Assembly: GCA_001029695.1 (NCBI GenBank)
Contig: CP011211.1
Span: 120,001 to 152,000 of the forward strand
Origin: Candidatus Saccharimonadota bacterium
Lineage (GTDB): Bacteria > Patescibacteriota > Saccharimonadia > Saccharimonadales > Saccharimonadaceae
Direction of reading: 5' to 3'
Length of the DNA stretch: 32,000 nucleotides
Shown piece after piece: positions 8,341-16,303 of the stretch. A program made the position numbers and the translations under genes. The notes under the pieces are model-generated. The model was not told the DNA's origin, made no database searches, and saw only the letters and a list, made by a program, of their open reading frames with translations. Numbering within the stretch: the first letter of the stretch is position 1; the number at the start of each line of letters is the position of its first letter.

Positions 8341-10011
8341 ATGATCATCAAGTCCCAGAAATTTAGTAAAAAAACAGCACTTATTTATTTTGGCTTATGT
8401 ATCTCTCTTGCGGTCGCGAGCTTCCTTTTGTCTTACTTCGGAGTAGTGTCTACTGCATACAAAGAGATGCCTGCTCTTGCTGTGCTTTGCGCACTTACTC
8501 TAGCTGCTGTTACGCCTGTCTGCTTGTACCTCTCGACTAAATTCACCTGGGGAACGCTCCTTTCGTTTATAAGTGTCCACGTGGGCTTGGCACTTTTCTT
8601 CACGTTATATATAGGACCATACAGTCCGTTTACGAGCCTTTGGGCCGTCCTACTCGTGCTAACGTACACGAACTATGGTCGTGTAGGCTTTTTTGTTAGC
8701 GCGTTTATCTTTACGGCGATGAGCGTACAGTCTGTCTTCCCGTATAAGGAGCAGCTTGATGCCGAAGGTAGCGCATCATTTGCGACGTTCATTGTCTTGG
8801 CATTTATATTGTCTGCCGCTACTGTGATTGTGGCGATGATATTTTGTCTTGTACTCAGTAATGCAAAAAAGACGAATAAACTACTCGTTGAAGCACGACG
8901 AGCTGAGAGCGTACAGCTCAATCGACTCGATACGCTGCTTAATAGTCTTAGCGATACAGTTCTGACGCTGAATCGTTATGGTCGCATCACCTCTCAGAAC
9001 TCTTCGGCATTGTCATTTTTTGACACCAACCAGTCACTTGTCGGTAAAAGTATTGATACGATATTAGATCTTCAAGATGCATCTATGCAGCCGATCAGTG
9101 CAAAGCAGCTGATGGAGTCGGTGAAAGCCACGCTTTTTCGCGATGATGTTTCGGTGCGTCGCGGGGAGTCGGAGATTGTTCGTTTAAGTATACAAATGTC
9201 GAAAATCCAAGGTACGTATCAGGACAACGAAGACCAGGAGTTTGGCGTCGTACTCATCATCCGCGATATTACTAGACAAAAGACGCTTGAAGATGAAAAA
9301 GACGAGTTCATTAGTGTCACAAGTCACGAGCTAAGGACTCCTATCGCTATTGCAGAAGGAAGCCTCAGTAACCTGGTATTTATGCAAGAAAAAGGCGGCA
9401 AGCCTGAGCTTTTGAAAAAAGCAGCCGAAACAGCGCACGATCAAGTGCTTTATCTTGCTCGCATGATCAATGACCTATCAACACTATCTCGCGCTGAGCG
9501 AGGCGTGGGAGATGTCGCTGAAGAGGTGGACGTAAAACAGCTTGTTCAAGATTTGTTCACGAGATACGAAGCAGAGGCGCAAGAGAAATCTCTTCAGCTC
9601 AACCTCGATGTTGATGCGTCACTTCCGATAGTTATGACGAGTAGATTGTATCTTGAAGAGATTCTTCAAAACTTCATCACAAACGCCATCAAGTACACCG
9701 TAAGTGGTTCGGTCACCCTAGAAGCACACATGAAATCTGGCCGTATAGAGTGTTCAGTCTCCGACACAGGGATTGGCATCAATAAGGTTGATCAAAAGAA
9801 GATCTTTGAAAAATTCTTCCGCTCAGAAGATTACCGCACGAGAGAGACGAGCGGTACAGGGTTAGGTCTTTATGTTGTCCGTAAGCTAGCAGACAAGCTT
9901 GATACAACCGTCGAAGTTGAAAGTAAACTCAATCACGGATCCAAGTTTAGCTTTATACTTCCGCTCTCTTCAGACAAGCTCGGTACAGGCAAGCGCGCAT
10001 CTAATATCTAG
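8341..10011 (+). CDS. membrane sensor histidine kinase, paralog of 5300-6922
   Basis: FISVTSHELRTPIAIAEG is the H-box and GTGLGLYVVRKLADK the G2 box. The architecture is the same multi-TM, PAS-like, HisKA, HATPase_c layout. Long stretches are near-identical in protein sequence to the other kinase. Confidence 0.85.
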   Translation: MIIKSQKFSKKTALIYFGLCISLAVASFLLSYFGVVSTAYKEMPALAVLCALTLAAVTPVCLYLSTKFTWGTLLSFISVHVGLALFFTLYIGPYSPFTSLWAVLLVLTYTNYGRVGFFVSAFIFTAMSVQSVFPYKEQLDAEGSASFATFIVLAFILSAATVIVAMIFCLVLSNAKKTNKLLVEARRAESVQLNRLDTLLNSLSDTVLTLNRYGRITSQNSSALSFFDTNQSLVGKSIDTILDLQDASMQPISAKQLMESVKATLFRDDVSVRRGESEIVRLSIQMSKIQGTYQDNEDQEFGVVLIIRDITRQKTLEDEKDEFISVTSHELRTPIAIAEGSLSNLVFMQEKGGKPELLKKAAETAHDQVLYLARMINDLSTLSRAERGVGDVAEEVDVKQLVQDLFTRYEAEAQEKSLQLNLDVDASLPIVMTSRLYLEEILQNFITNAIKYTVSGSVTLEAHMKSGRIECSVSDTGIGINKVDQKKIFEKFFRSEDYRTRETSGTGLGLYVVRKLADKLDTTVEVESKLNHGSKFSFILPLSSDKLGTGKRASNI

Positions 10012-10017
10012 ATCCAC

Positions 10018-10542
10018 CTAGCTCGTAGTGCTACGAGCGCCAATATGGTCGATAAGTTCCGTTATCTTCATCTTTAAACGCTCTACTCTGTCTTCATTCG
10101 AAAGATTCTCGCGTAGCTGTGAGCGAGATACGATCGAGGCGCTGGTTATGGTTCGTACGTGCTGACTACACTTGAGATCACCACAGCATAAGAAACGAAT
10201 GTGCCGTTTATCGTCGGGGTGCGTAAAGGTAATACTTGCCGCATTAGAACCTGGCTGCCATGTGTAGCAAAAATCGCAAATAATTGCACGTTGACGGCCT
10301 GTCTTTGAGTCAACAATAGTTCGTGATAGCTCGTAGGGAGCGACGAATAACGTACTTGCTGGTTGAAGGAGCAGGACTCCCTTGTCGTTCGTGCGATCGG
10401 CGATGCAGAGTAATTCATACTCGTTCCAGCTGTCGATAAGATGTGCAGTGCTCGCCACAAACTTTAGGTCTTTTCGAAGACGTGACTTAATCCCTGCATC
10501 TTGCAGGAGTGTGTCGAAGCTGTTTTGGTTAAGTGTCTTCAT
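10018..10542 (-). CDS. FBP/FusB-type protein with a C-terminal treble-clef zinc finger
   Basis: CDFCYTWQ...ITFTHPDDKRHIRFLCCGDLKCSQHVR matches the CxxCxT...C.DL.CS..VR pattern of FBP_C domain proteins as I recall it. Confidence 0.65.
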   Translation of the reverse strand: MKTLNQNSFDTLLQDAGIKSRLRKDLKFVASTAHLIDSWNEYELLCIADRTNDKGVLLLQPASTLFVAPYELSRTIVDSKTGRQRAIICDFCYTWQPGSNAASITFTHPDDKRHIRFLCCGDLKCSQHVRTITSASIVSRSQLRENLSNEDRVERLKMKITELIDHIGARSTTS

Positions 10543-10607
10543 GATGATCGATATGCCTATTTTCTTATTCTATGGTTTGTAAAATTGACGAACTCCATCC
10601 ACTTCTG

Positions 10608-11189
10608 CTAAATAAGGTAGAAAAACATATGAATAATATTTGCTATATAAATATTTCCAGTCCTTCTGGTTGAGAATGCAAAAATAAATCCAGCGGCTGT
10701 AACTAATAAAAGCTGAGGATCTAGGATGTTTTTGAAGGAAAATAGCACATGACCAAATAAAAACACTGCAGCAGTTACTATTGCTGCTTGATTCGGTGAT
10801 AGTCTTTTCGCTAGCGCAGGCTGAAGAATGCCAAATGTTAGATAGTCCTGCCAAAAGACCGTTATGATAATCATTGGAATATATACTCTAATATCTAAAG
10901 CTAGTGAATAATGTAATGGCAGCAATATTAAGGCCATCAACGGAACTGTATATAACCAAAGAAGTTTTGACTTAGGGAGTGATATCTTTTTATACTTAGG
11001 TAAAGCAACAAAAGCCGTAATCGCTACAGTCAAAACCCAAACCGTAGCAACAATATAACGTATATTTACATCCCAAGGTAGATTTCTCAAGACGTCACTC
11101 ATAAAAAGACCTTGGGTTGCTGCCCATACTGTGATCCATACTACTATTGCAATAAAAATACTACGAACTGAAATTTTATGTTTGATCAT
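10608..11189 (-). CDS. CPBP (CAAX protease/bacteriocin-immunity) family-like membrane protein with a degenerate first motif
   Basis: The protein is 193 aa and multi-TM. FLFGH (FxxxH) and IIHMFFY (Hxxx-) are present. The EExxxR position reads QDYLTF. The gene is markedly AT-rich relative to its neighbours. Confidence 0.55.
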   Translation of the reverse strand: MIKHKISVRSIFIAIVVWITVWAATQGLFMSDVLRNLPWDVNIRYIVATVWVLTVAITAFVALPKYKKISLPKSKLLWLYTVPLMALILLPLHYSLALDIRVYIPMIIITVFWQDYLTFGILQPALAKRLSPNQAAIVTAAVFLFGHVLFSFKNILDPQLLLVTAAGFIFAFSTRRTGNIYIANIIHMFFYLI

Positions 11190-11281
11190 TTGTCAGTATA
11201 GTATATCAAATATGCAGGCCGAGTTAGCGACCGTATCAGTACAAAAGTAAATTGTGAATATTTCTATTTGTATATTGCACT

Positions 11282-11313
11282 AAATAAAACTAGAACTGAA
11301 TTAACAGCTCTAG
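11282..11313 (-). terminator. terminator-like hairpin after tRNA-Trp
   Basis: The minus strand reads CTAGAGCTG-TTAATT-CAGTTCTAG, a 9-bp stem with one G.U pair, followed by TTTTATTT. Confidence 0.45.
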
Positions 11314-11330
11314 CTTGTAACTCTCTAATT

Positions 11331-11405
11331 TGGCAGGGGTACTAGGAATCGAACCTAGGTCGTCGGTTTTGGAGACCGATATACTAACCGCTGTACTATA
11401 CCCCT
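11331..11405 (-). tRNA. tRNA-Trp (anticodon CCA)
   Basis: A cloverleaf was folded by hand. The acceptor stem is AGGGGTA/TACCCCT and the anticodon arm is TCGGT-CTCCAAA-ACCGA. The T arm is CTAGG-TTCGATT-CCTAG. The discriminator is G and CCA is encoded. Confidence 0.9.
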
Positions 11406-11423
11406 ATATAGTGAACAGTAGCT

Positions 11424-11432
11424 ATTGTACCA
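11424..11432 (-). promoter_or_regulatory. extended -10 box TGGTACAAT upstream of tRNA-Trp
   Basis: The reverse complement of 11424-11432 is TGGTACAAT, ending about 17 nt before the tRNA 5' end. Confidence 0.35.
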
Positions 11433-11471
11433 AATTTGATCTTTGTACGCTATATTTAGCCGTGATTACAG

Positions 11472-12431
11472 TTACTTTTCTTTGTTTACTCGAACGGCAC
11501 GCTTGAATCGACGATCAGCTACTGGATCGGCAAATCGTGCGATAGGCTCGTGAATAACTAGCCGTGAAGCACGGTCAGTCTTGTCGGCGTCAATCTCTTT
11601 GATGGCATTGACGAAATATTTCTCGATCAGCCATTCCCTACCTGGAGCAGTTTGACCTACGACGGTAATACGCCATAGTTCATCGCCCCAGCGCTCTGCA
11701 TACTTAACGCGAAGTGGCCGTGCAAGCAGAAGCGGGCCTGTCGGTACAGCGTCGATGATACGATTTATCTCACGCTCGCCTTCTAGCCTGTCTCGTACGA
11801 AGATATCGACAGCCATAGTGCGTAGGCCACGAGGCGTAACATGAACTGCTTGAATCTGTTGGTTGTGTATCCAGACCACTTCCCCGCTCAGGCTACGTAA
11901 CTTGGTTGATCGGAGTGTCAGTCGCTCGACGACACCACTTACATCGATAAATGGCTCAATCTTTATATAGTCTCCGACGTGAAACCAATTTTCGATGATC
12001 ATCGTCGCACCTGTCGTGATGTCTCGGAGTAATATACCCAGTGTTTGACCCGCAAAAACAATGAAAAAGGCGCTGGCTCCAATTGCCGCAGCTCCAGCCC
12101 CACCAAGACTCGCGTTGTCGCCACGAGTGAGTAACCACCAACTGACGTATGCGACTACTGCTACGACGATCGCACGTACTGCCGCTACGGCTACGCTGAG
12201 GTACGTTTCAACCTGGCGAAGCGCGACAATTCGCTCTTCGCGCGTCTCGTTGTCACTGCGTACGGCAACCTTTTGTGCGACATAGACGATACCTTTTGCC
12301 AAGAAACGGCTTGCCCAGTATGCAAGAACGGTTGCGCCTATGAGGATTAGAACTGCTTGAAAGTCATTTGGCTGAGAGAAGAAGTCGGTTACTTGATCAT
12401 CTACGGTATCTATTACTTTTTGTGTTTCCAT
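11472..12431 (-). CDS. mechanosensitive ion channel (MscS family) protein
   Basis: TM helices are followed by VGDYIKIEPFIDVSGVVERLTLRSTKLRSLSGEVVWIHNQQI, typical of the MscS beta-domain. Confidence 0.8.
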   Translation of the reverse strand: METQKVIDTVDDQVTDFFSQPNDFQAVLILIGATVLAYWASRFLAKGIVYVAQKVAVRSDNETREERIVALRQVETYLSVAVAAVRAIVVAVVAYVSWWLLTRGDNASLGGAGAAAIGASAFFIVFAGQTLGILLRDITTGATMIIENWFHVGDYIKIEPFIDVSGVVERLTLRSTKLRSLSGEVVWIHNQQIQAVHVTPRGLRTMAVDIFVRDRLEGEREINRIIDAVPTGPLLLARPLRVKYAERWGDELWRITVVGQTAPGREWLIEKYFVNAIKEIDADKTDRASRLVIHEPIARFADPVADRRFKRAVRVNKEK

Positions 12432-12540
12432 TACTATTAATCATAACGAAGAATCACTATAAAATCGACCCTAGTATTGGCGTCATTAGGTAAATTCTGT
12501 TACCATGAGCATATTGAATTAGCATAAACAGGAAATAACT

Positions 12541-13722
12541 ATGCACACAGTGATTGTCGGTGGGGGTTTTGCGGGTGTAAAAGCCGCGCTAGAAATTAGT
12601 AAAAAACAGTTGGGTAAAATTACTCTGATTTCTGATCAGCCATATTTTCTTCATCACGCGACATTGTATGCGACAGCAACAGGTCGTAGCACGGGTGAAT
12701 CGGTAGTACCTCTTAGTGACATATTTGCCAACCATCATGATGTTGACGTAGTACTTGATACTATGGAGTCGATCGATGCAAAACAACACATTGTAGTCGG
12801 AAAAGAAAAAAACTATCATTATGACAACTTGGTGGTGGCTATCGGCGTCGTGACGACGTACTTTGGAATTAAGGGCATGGATAAGCATAGCTTTGGCATC
12901 AAGACGCTGGATGAAGTAAGTGAATTTAAAAATCACATAAAATCCGAAATTCTCTCTGACAAAAAGCTTGATACGAATTATGTGATCATAGGTGCAGGGC
13001 CGACAGGTGTTGAGCTTGCAGGTGCACTTCAGGCATATCTCCTTGAGCTTTGCGACACGCATATGGTGAAGCATGCAGGCGTCAATATCACCCTTGTCGA
13101 AGCCGCACCAAAGATCTTGCCGCGCTCATCTGACACTGCGAGTAAGAAGGTTCAGAAGCGACTCGAAAAGCTCGGCGTCACTGTGCTTGTGAACCATAAG
13201 GTAGAGGCCTTAAGCGATCGTACCATCATGATTGACGGCAAGCGGATCCCTACGCATACTGCGGTGTGGACTTCGGGTGTTGCTAACCACCCATTCTTTG
13301 CGACGCAGCCAGAAATATTTACACTTCTTGATAAGGGGCCACGTCCAGTCATCGTCGATGATCATATGCAAGCATATGAAGATATCTATGTTCTGGGAGA
13401 CAATGCGGCAGTGCCGAATGCTGGCGTGGCCTGGACAGCACTCAGAAGTGCAATTTTTATTGCTGATCACCTAGCGCGCAAGATGACGCAGCGTCCATTT
13501 AAGAAATACCACTACCCTAAGCCAACAGAATCATTCCCAATTGGTGATGGCTGGGCGTATACGGAATGGCGTGGTATTTATGCCGCCGGCAAGACAGGCT
13601 ACCTCCTTAGGCGCTTTATGGAAAAGAAAAACTATCTTGCGCTATTGCCTCGAACTCAAGCTGTGGGGGCATGGAAATCACATACTATTCGTGAGTCAGA
13701 TGTAGTGACGGACACAAATTAA
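12541..13722 (+). CDS. NAD(P)/FAD-dependent oxidoreductase, type II NADH dehydrogenase-like
   Basis: Two Rossmann motifs are present: VIVGGGFAGVKAA and YVIIGAGPTGVELAG. AGGAAA lies 7 nt upstream of the ATG. Confidence 0.8.
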   Translation: MHTVIVGGGFAGVKAALEISKKQLGKITLISDQPYFLHHATLYATATGRSTGESVVPLSDIFANHHDVDVVLDTMESIDAKQHIVVGKEKNYHYDNLVVAIGVVTTYFGIKGMDKHSFGIKTLDEVSEFKNHIKSEILSDKKLDTNYVIIGAGPTGVELAGALQAYLLELCDTHMVKHAGVNITLVEAAPKILPRSSDTASKKVQKRLEKLGVTVLVNHKVEALSDRTIMIDGKRIPTHTAVWTSGVANHPFFATQPEIFTLLDKGPRPVIVDDHMQAYEDIYVLGDNAAVPNAGVAWTALRSAIFIADHLARKMTQRPFKKYHYPKPTESFPIGDGWAYTEWRGIYAAGKTGYLLRRFMEKKNYLALLPRTQAVGAWKSHTIRESDVVTDTN

Positions 13723-13754
13723 GTTAGACCACATTTTACCTCTAAAAATAGGTG

Positions 13755-13783
13755 TTGAAAAAACACAAGCATCTTACTATAAT
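13755..13783 (+). promoter_or_regulatory. near-consensus promoter TTGAAA-17 nt-TATAAT of the alpha-glucan operon
   Basis: TTGAAA is at 13755-13760 and TATAAT at 13778-13783, with a 17-nt spacer. It lies about 60 nt upstream of the ATG at 13851. Confidence 0.6.
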
Positions 13784-13850
13784 GAAACCAAGACTTAGGG
13801 AAAAACAAAGGAGCATTCGAATCGGCAAACGAGATTCGTTGGTGTAAGGT

Positions 13851-15074
13851 ATGAACATATTAATGCTCGGGTGGGAATTACCTCCTCATAACAGTGGTGG
13901 GTTAGGCGTTGCATGCTACCATATGTCAAAAGCACTCGCACTCAAAGGTGCGCAGATTGACTTTGTTGTCCCCTACCAAGCAAAACACACAAACATCGAC
14001 TTCATGAATATTCATCATGCGACCCCAGTCACTCCTCTGGAGCGGTATGGTCTTGGCGCGTATGACAGTAAGATGCTCCTCGAACGTTCATTGACTGAAG
14101 CTGATGCCGATGACCTACAGGACATGCGCGGCGTTCAGAAGCGATATGTCCAGTATGTCGAAAAATTAGTGCAAGACATTAAACCTGACGCAATACATGC
14201 ACATGATTGGCTTACTATGGAAGCTGGTGTACGAGCAAAAGAACTTACCGATGCGCCGCTTATCGTTCACGTTCATGCAACAGAGTTTGATCGTTCAGGT
14301 GAACTATCGGGAAATCCTGTCGTCCATGAGATTGAGCAGCAGGCACTCCTAATGGCTGATCGAATTATTGCAGTGAGTAACATCACGAAAGGAATTATCG
14401 TTCACAAGTATGGTATTCCCGCTGATCGTGTCGAGGTGGTTCACAATGCAATCGACGCCGCTAGCTTCGACGAATCGTATGACTATGATAAGCAGACGTA
14501 CAAATACCTAGAACTCCTCCGCTGCGAGGGTTACACCGTAGCAGCTACGGTGACACGGTTTACAGTACAAAAAGGCCTAACGCATTTCATCCGTGCAGCT
14601 GCACGAGCATGCGAAAAGTATGACAAGCTCGTCTTTCTGTTGGCTGGCGACGGCGAACAACGTGACGAACTTATTCAACTTGCTGCAGAGTTTGGTATAT
14701 CTGATAAAGTCTTTTTCACGGGCTTTGTTCGTGGAAAGCAGTGGAGAGATGCTTACTCGGTCGCAGATATATTTGTGATGAGCTCTGTGAGTGAACCGTT
14801 TGGATTAACAGCGCTCGAAGCGGCTCATCACGATAGCGCACTCATTATCAGCAAACAGTCAGGTGTCGGTGAAGTACTAGAAAATATCTTCCAGTATGAT
14901 TTTTGGGACACCGAACTGCTTGCGGATCAGCTTATTGCTATCGCAACATCCGAAAGTCTCTCAAGAGAACTAAGAGAAAATGTAAAAAAAGAATATACAC
15001 GTATTTCTTGGCATGACGTTGCAAACGATTGCTACCGGATATACGGTACTATGAAACAAGGAGCAATCGCGTGA
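13851..15074 (+). CDS. GT-B glycosyltransferase, glycogen-synthase-like (GT4/GT5)
   Basis: The N-terminus MNILMLGWELPPHNSGGLGVACYHMSKALA resembles archaeal-type glycogen synthases. The C-terminal SEPFGLTALEAA motif is typical of the GT-B fold. Confidence 0.8.
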   Translation: MNILMLGWELPPHNSGGLGVACYHMSKALALKGAQIDFVVPYQAKHTNIDFMNIHHATPVTPLERYGLGAYDSKMLLERSLTEADADDLQDMRGVQKRYVQYVEKLVQDIKPDAIHAHDWLTMEAGVRAKELTDAPLIVHVHATEFDRSGELSGNPVVHEIEQQALLMADRIIAVSNITKGIIVHKYGIPADRVEVVHNAIDAASFDESYDYDKQTYKYLELLRCEGYTVAATVTRFTVQKGLTHFIRAAARACEKYDKLVFLLAGDGEQRDELIQLAAEFGISDKVFFTGFVRGKQWRDAYSVADIFVMSSVSEPFGLTALEAAHHDSALIISKQSGVGEVLENIFQYDFWDTELLADQLIAIATSESLSRELRENVKKEYTRISWHDVANDCYRIYGTMKQGAIA

Positions 15075-16303
15075 GTCAAAAGAAAGCAATCACTCTATAT
15101 CTGCATGTCCACCAGCCTTTTCGCGTGAGACAATATAGTGTTTTTGATACTGGCGAATCACACGACTACTTCAATGAGCCTAATTACAACTCAGAACGCA
15201 ACAATGAGGCTGTATTTAAAAAAGTAGCCGACAAGTCATATCGTCCAATGAATGCGCTCCTCCTTAAGCTGCTGAGAGAACACGAGGATTTCAAGCTGTC
15301 GCTCAGCATTACGGGCACTTTCATTGATCAGGCAGAACAATGGGCGCCAGACGTCATTGAAAGTTTCCAGGCACTTGTTGCTACGGGAAAGGTTGAGATT
15401 GTCGCCGAGACATACCATCATTCGCTTGCATTCTTTTATAGTCGAAATGAATTTGAAAAACAGGTTACTCTGCACCGCGATAAGATCAAAACATTATTTG
15501 GAGTTACCCCAAAGGTATTTCGAAATACTGAGCTTGCGTACAACAATGAGCTAGCGCAATGGGCTGACAGTCAAGGATATGAAGGTATTCTTGCTGAAGG
15601 ATGGGATCCAATCTTGCAGTGGCGCAGTCCAAACTACGTATATCGTCCGCCTGCGACTAAAAATATAAGTCTTCTCCTCAAGAATTATCGACTGAGTGAT
15701 GACCTCGCTTTCCGCTTTAGCGATCAGTCATGGGGTGAATGGCCACTTACGGCTGATCGTTATACTGATTGGCTTCGTCAAGCTACTGAGGACGCACCGC
15801 TCGTCAATCTCTTTATGGACTATGAAACATTCGGTGAGCACCAATGGCATGAAACGGGTATATTTGGCTTCTTTGAAGAAACCGTACGAACATGGCTTCA
15901 AGATAAAGATAATACATTTACTACGGTCAGTGATGCGATCACCGCCAACCCTCCATCTGATGAAATCGATGTTCCATATACTGTTACCTGGGCTGATACA
16001 GAGCGTGACCTAAGTGCCTGGAATGGCAATCGCCTACAACAAGAAGCACTCAAGTATCTTTATCGGCTTGAAAGTGATATCCTCCGGACGAAAGATGAGC
16101 AGCTCATCAATGATTGGCGCTATCTTCAAGCATCAGATCTTGTCTACTACATGTGTACTAAAAACCTTGATGATGGCGCCGTGCATGCTTACTTCAGCCC
16201 CTACGAATCACCGTACGATGCATTCTTGTTTTTCATGAATGTAATAAGAGACCTCAGATGGAGGCTCATACAAGATCATAAGACTGGAGGACTTCATGGC
16301 TAG
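15071..16303 (+). CDS. glycoside hydrolase family 57 protein (alpha-amylase or alpha-glucan-processing type)
   Basis: The start is placed at GTG 15071, with AAGGAG 7 nt upstream and a GTGA overlap with the previous stop. GH57 regions are LHVHQPFR, GKVEIVAETYHHS, FRNTELAY and FMDYETFGEH. Confidence 0.85.
   Translation: MSQKKAITLYLHVHQPFRVRQYSVFDTGESHDYFNEPNYNSERNNEAVFKKVADKSYRPMNALLLKLLREHEDFKLSLSITGTFIDQAEQWAPDVIESFQALVATGKVEIVAETYHHSLAFFYSRNEFEKQVTLHRDKIKTLFGVTPKVFRNTELAYNNELAQWADSQGYEGILAEGWDPILQWRSPNYVYRPPATKNISLLLKNYRLSDDLAFRFSDQSWGEWPLTADRYTDWLRQATEDAPLVNLFMDYETFGEHQWHETGIFGFFEETVRTWLQDKDNTFTTVSDAITANPPSDEIDVPYTVTWADTERDLSAWNGNRLQQEALKYLYRLESDILRTKDEQLINDWRYLQASDLVYYMCTKNLDDGAVHAYFSPYESPYDAFLFFMNVIRDLRWRLIQDHKTGGLHG

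Noticed and set aside
5300-10011. The two inverted histidine-kinase paralogs could be the arms of a composite mobile element.
   Set aside because: Similarity is at the protein level with many synonymous and non-synonymous differences. There are no terminal inverted repeats, no target duplication and no transposase between them.
10543-11471. An integrative element using tRNA-Trp as its att site was considered. I looked for a direct repeat of the tRNA 3' half.
   Set aside because: I could not find a second copy of the tRNA-Trp 3' segment near 10540-10610 or 4060-4120, and no integrase is present. The low-GC signal is kept as a finding, but no element boundaries can be claimed.
15029-15070. The upstream ATG start for the GH57 gene (track ORF starts at 15029).
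   Set aside because: It would overlap the preceding gene by 46 nt. GTG 15071 has a perfect AAGGAG 7 nt upstream and forms the common GTGA stop/start overlap.
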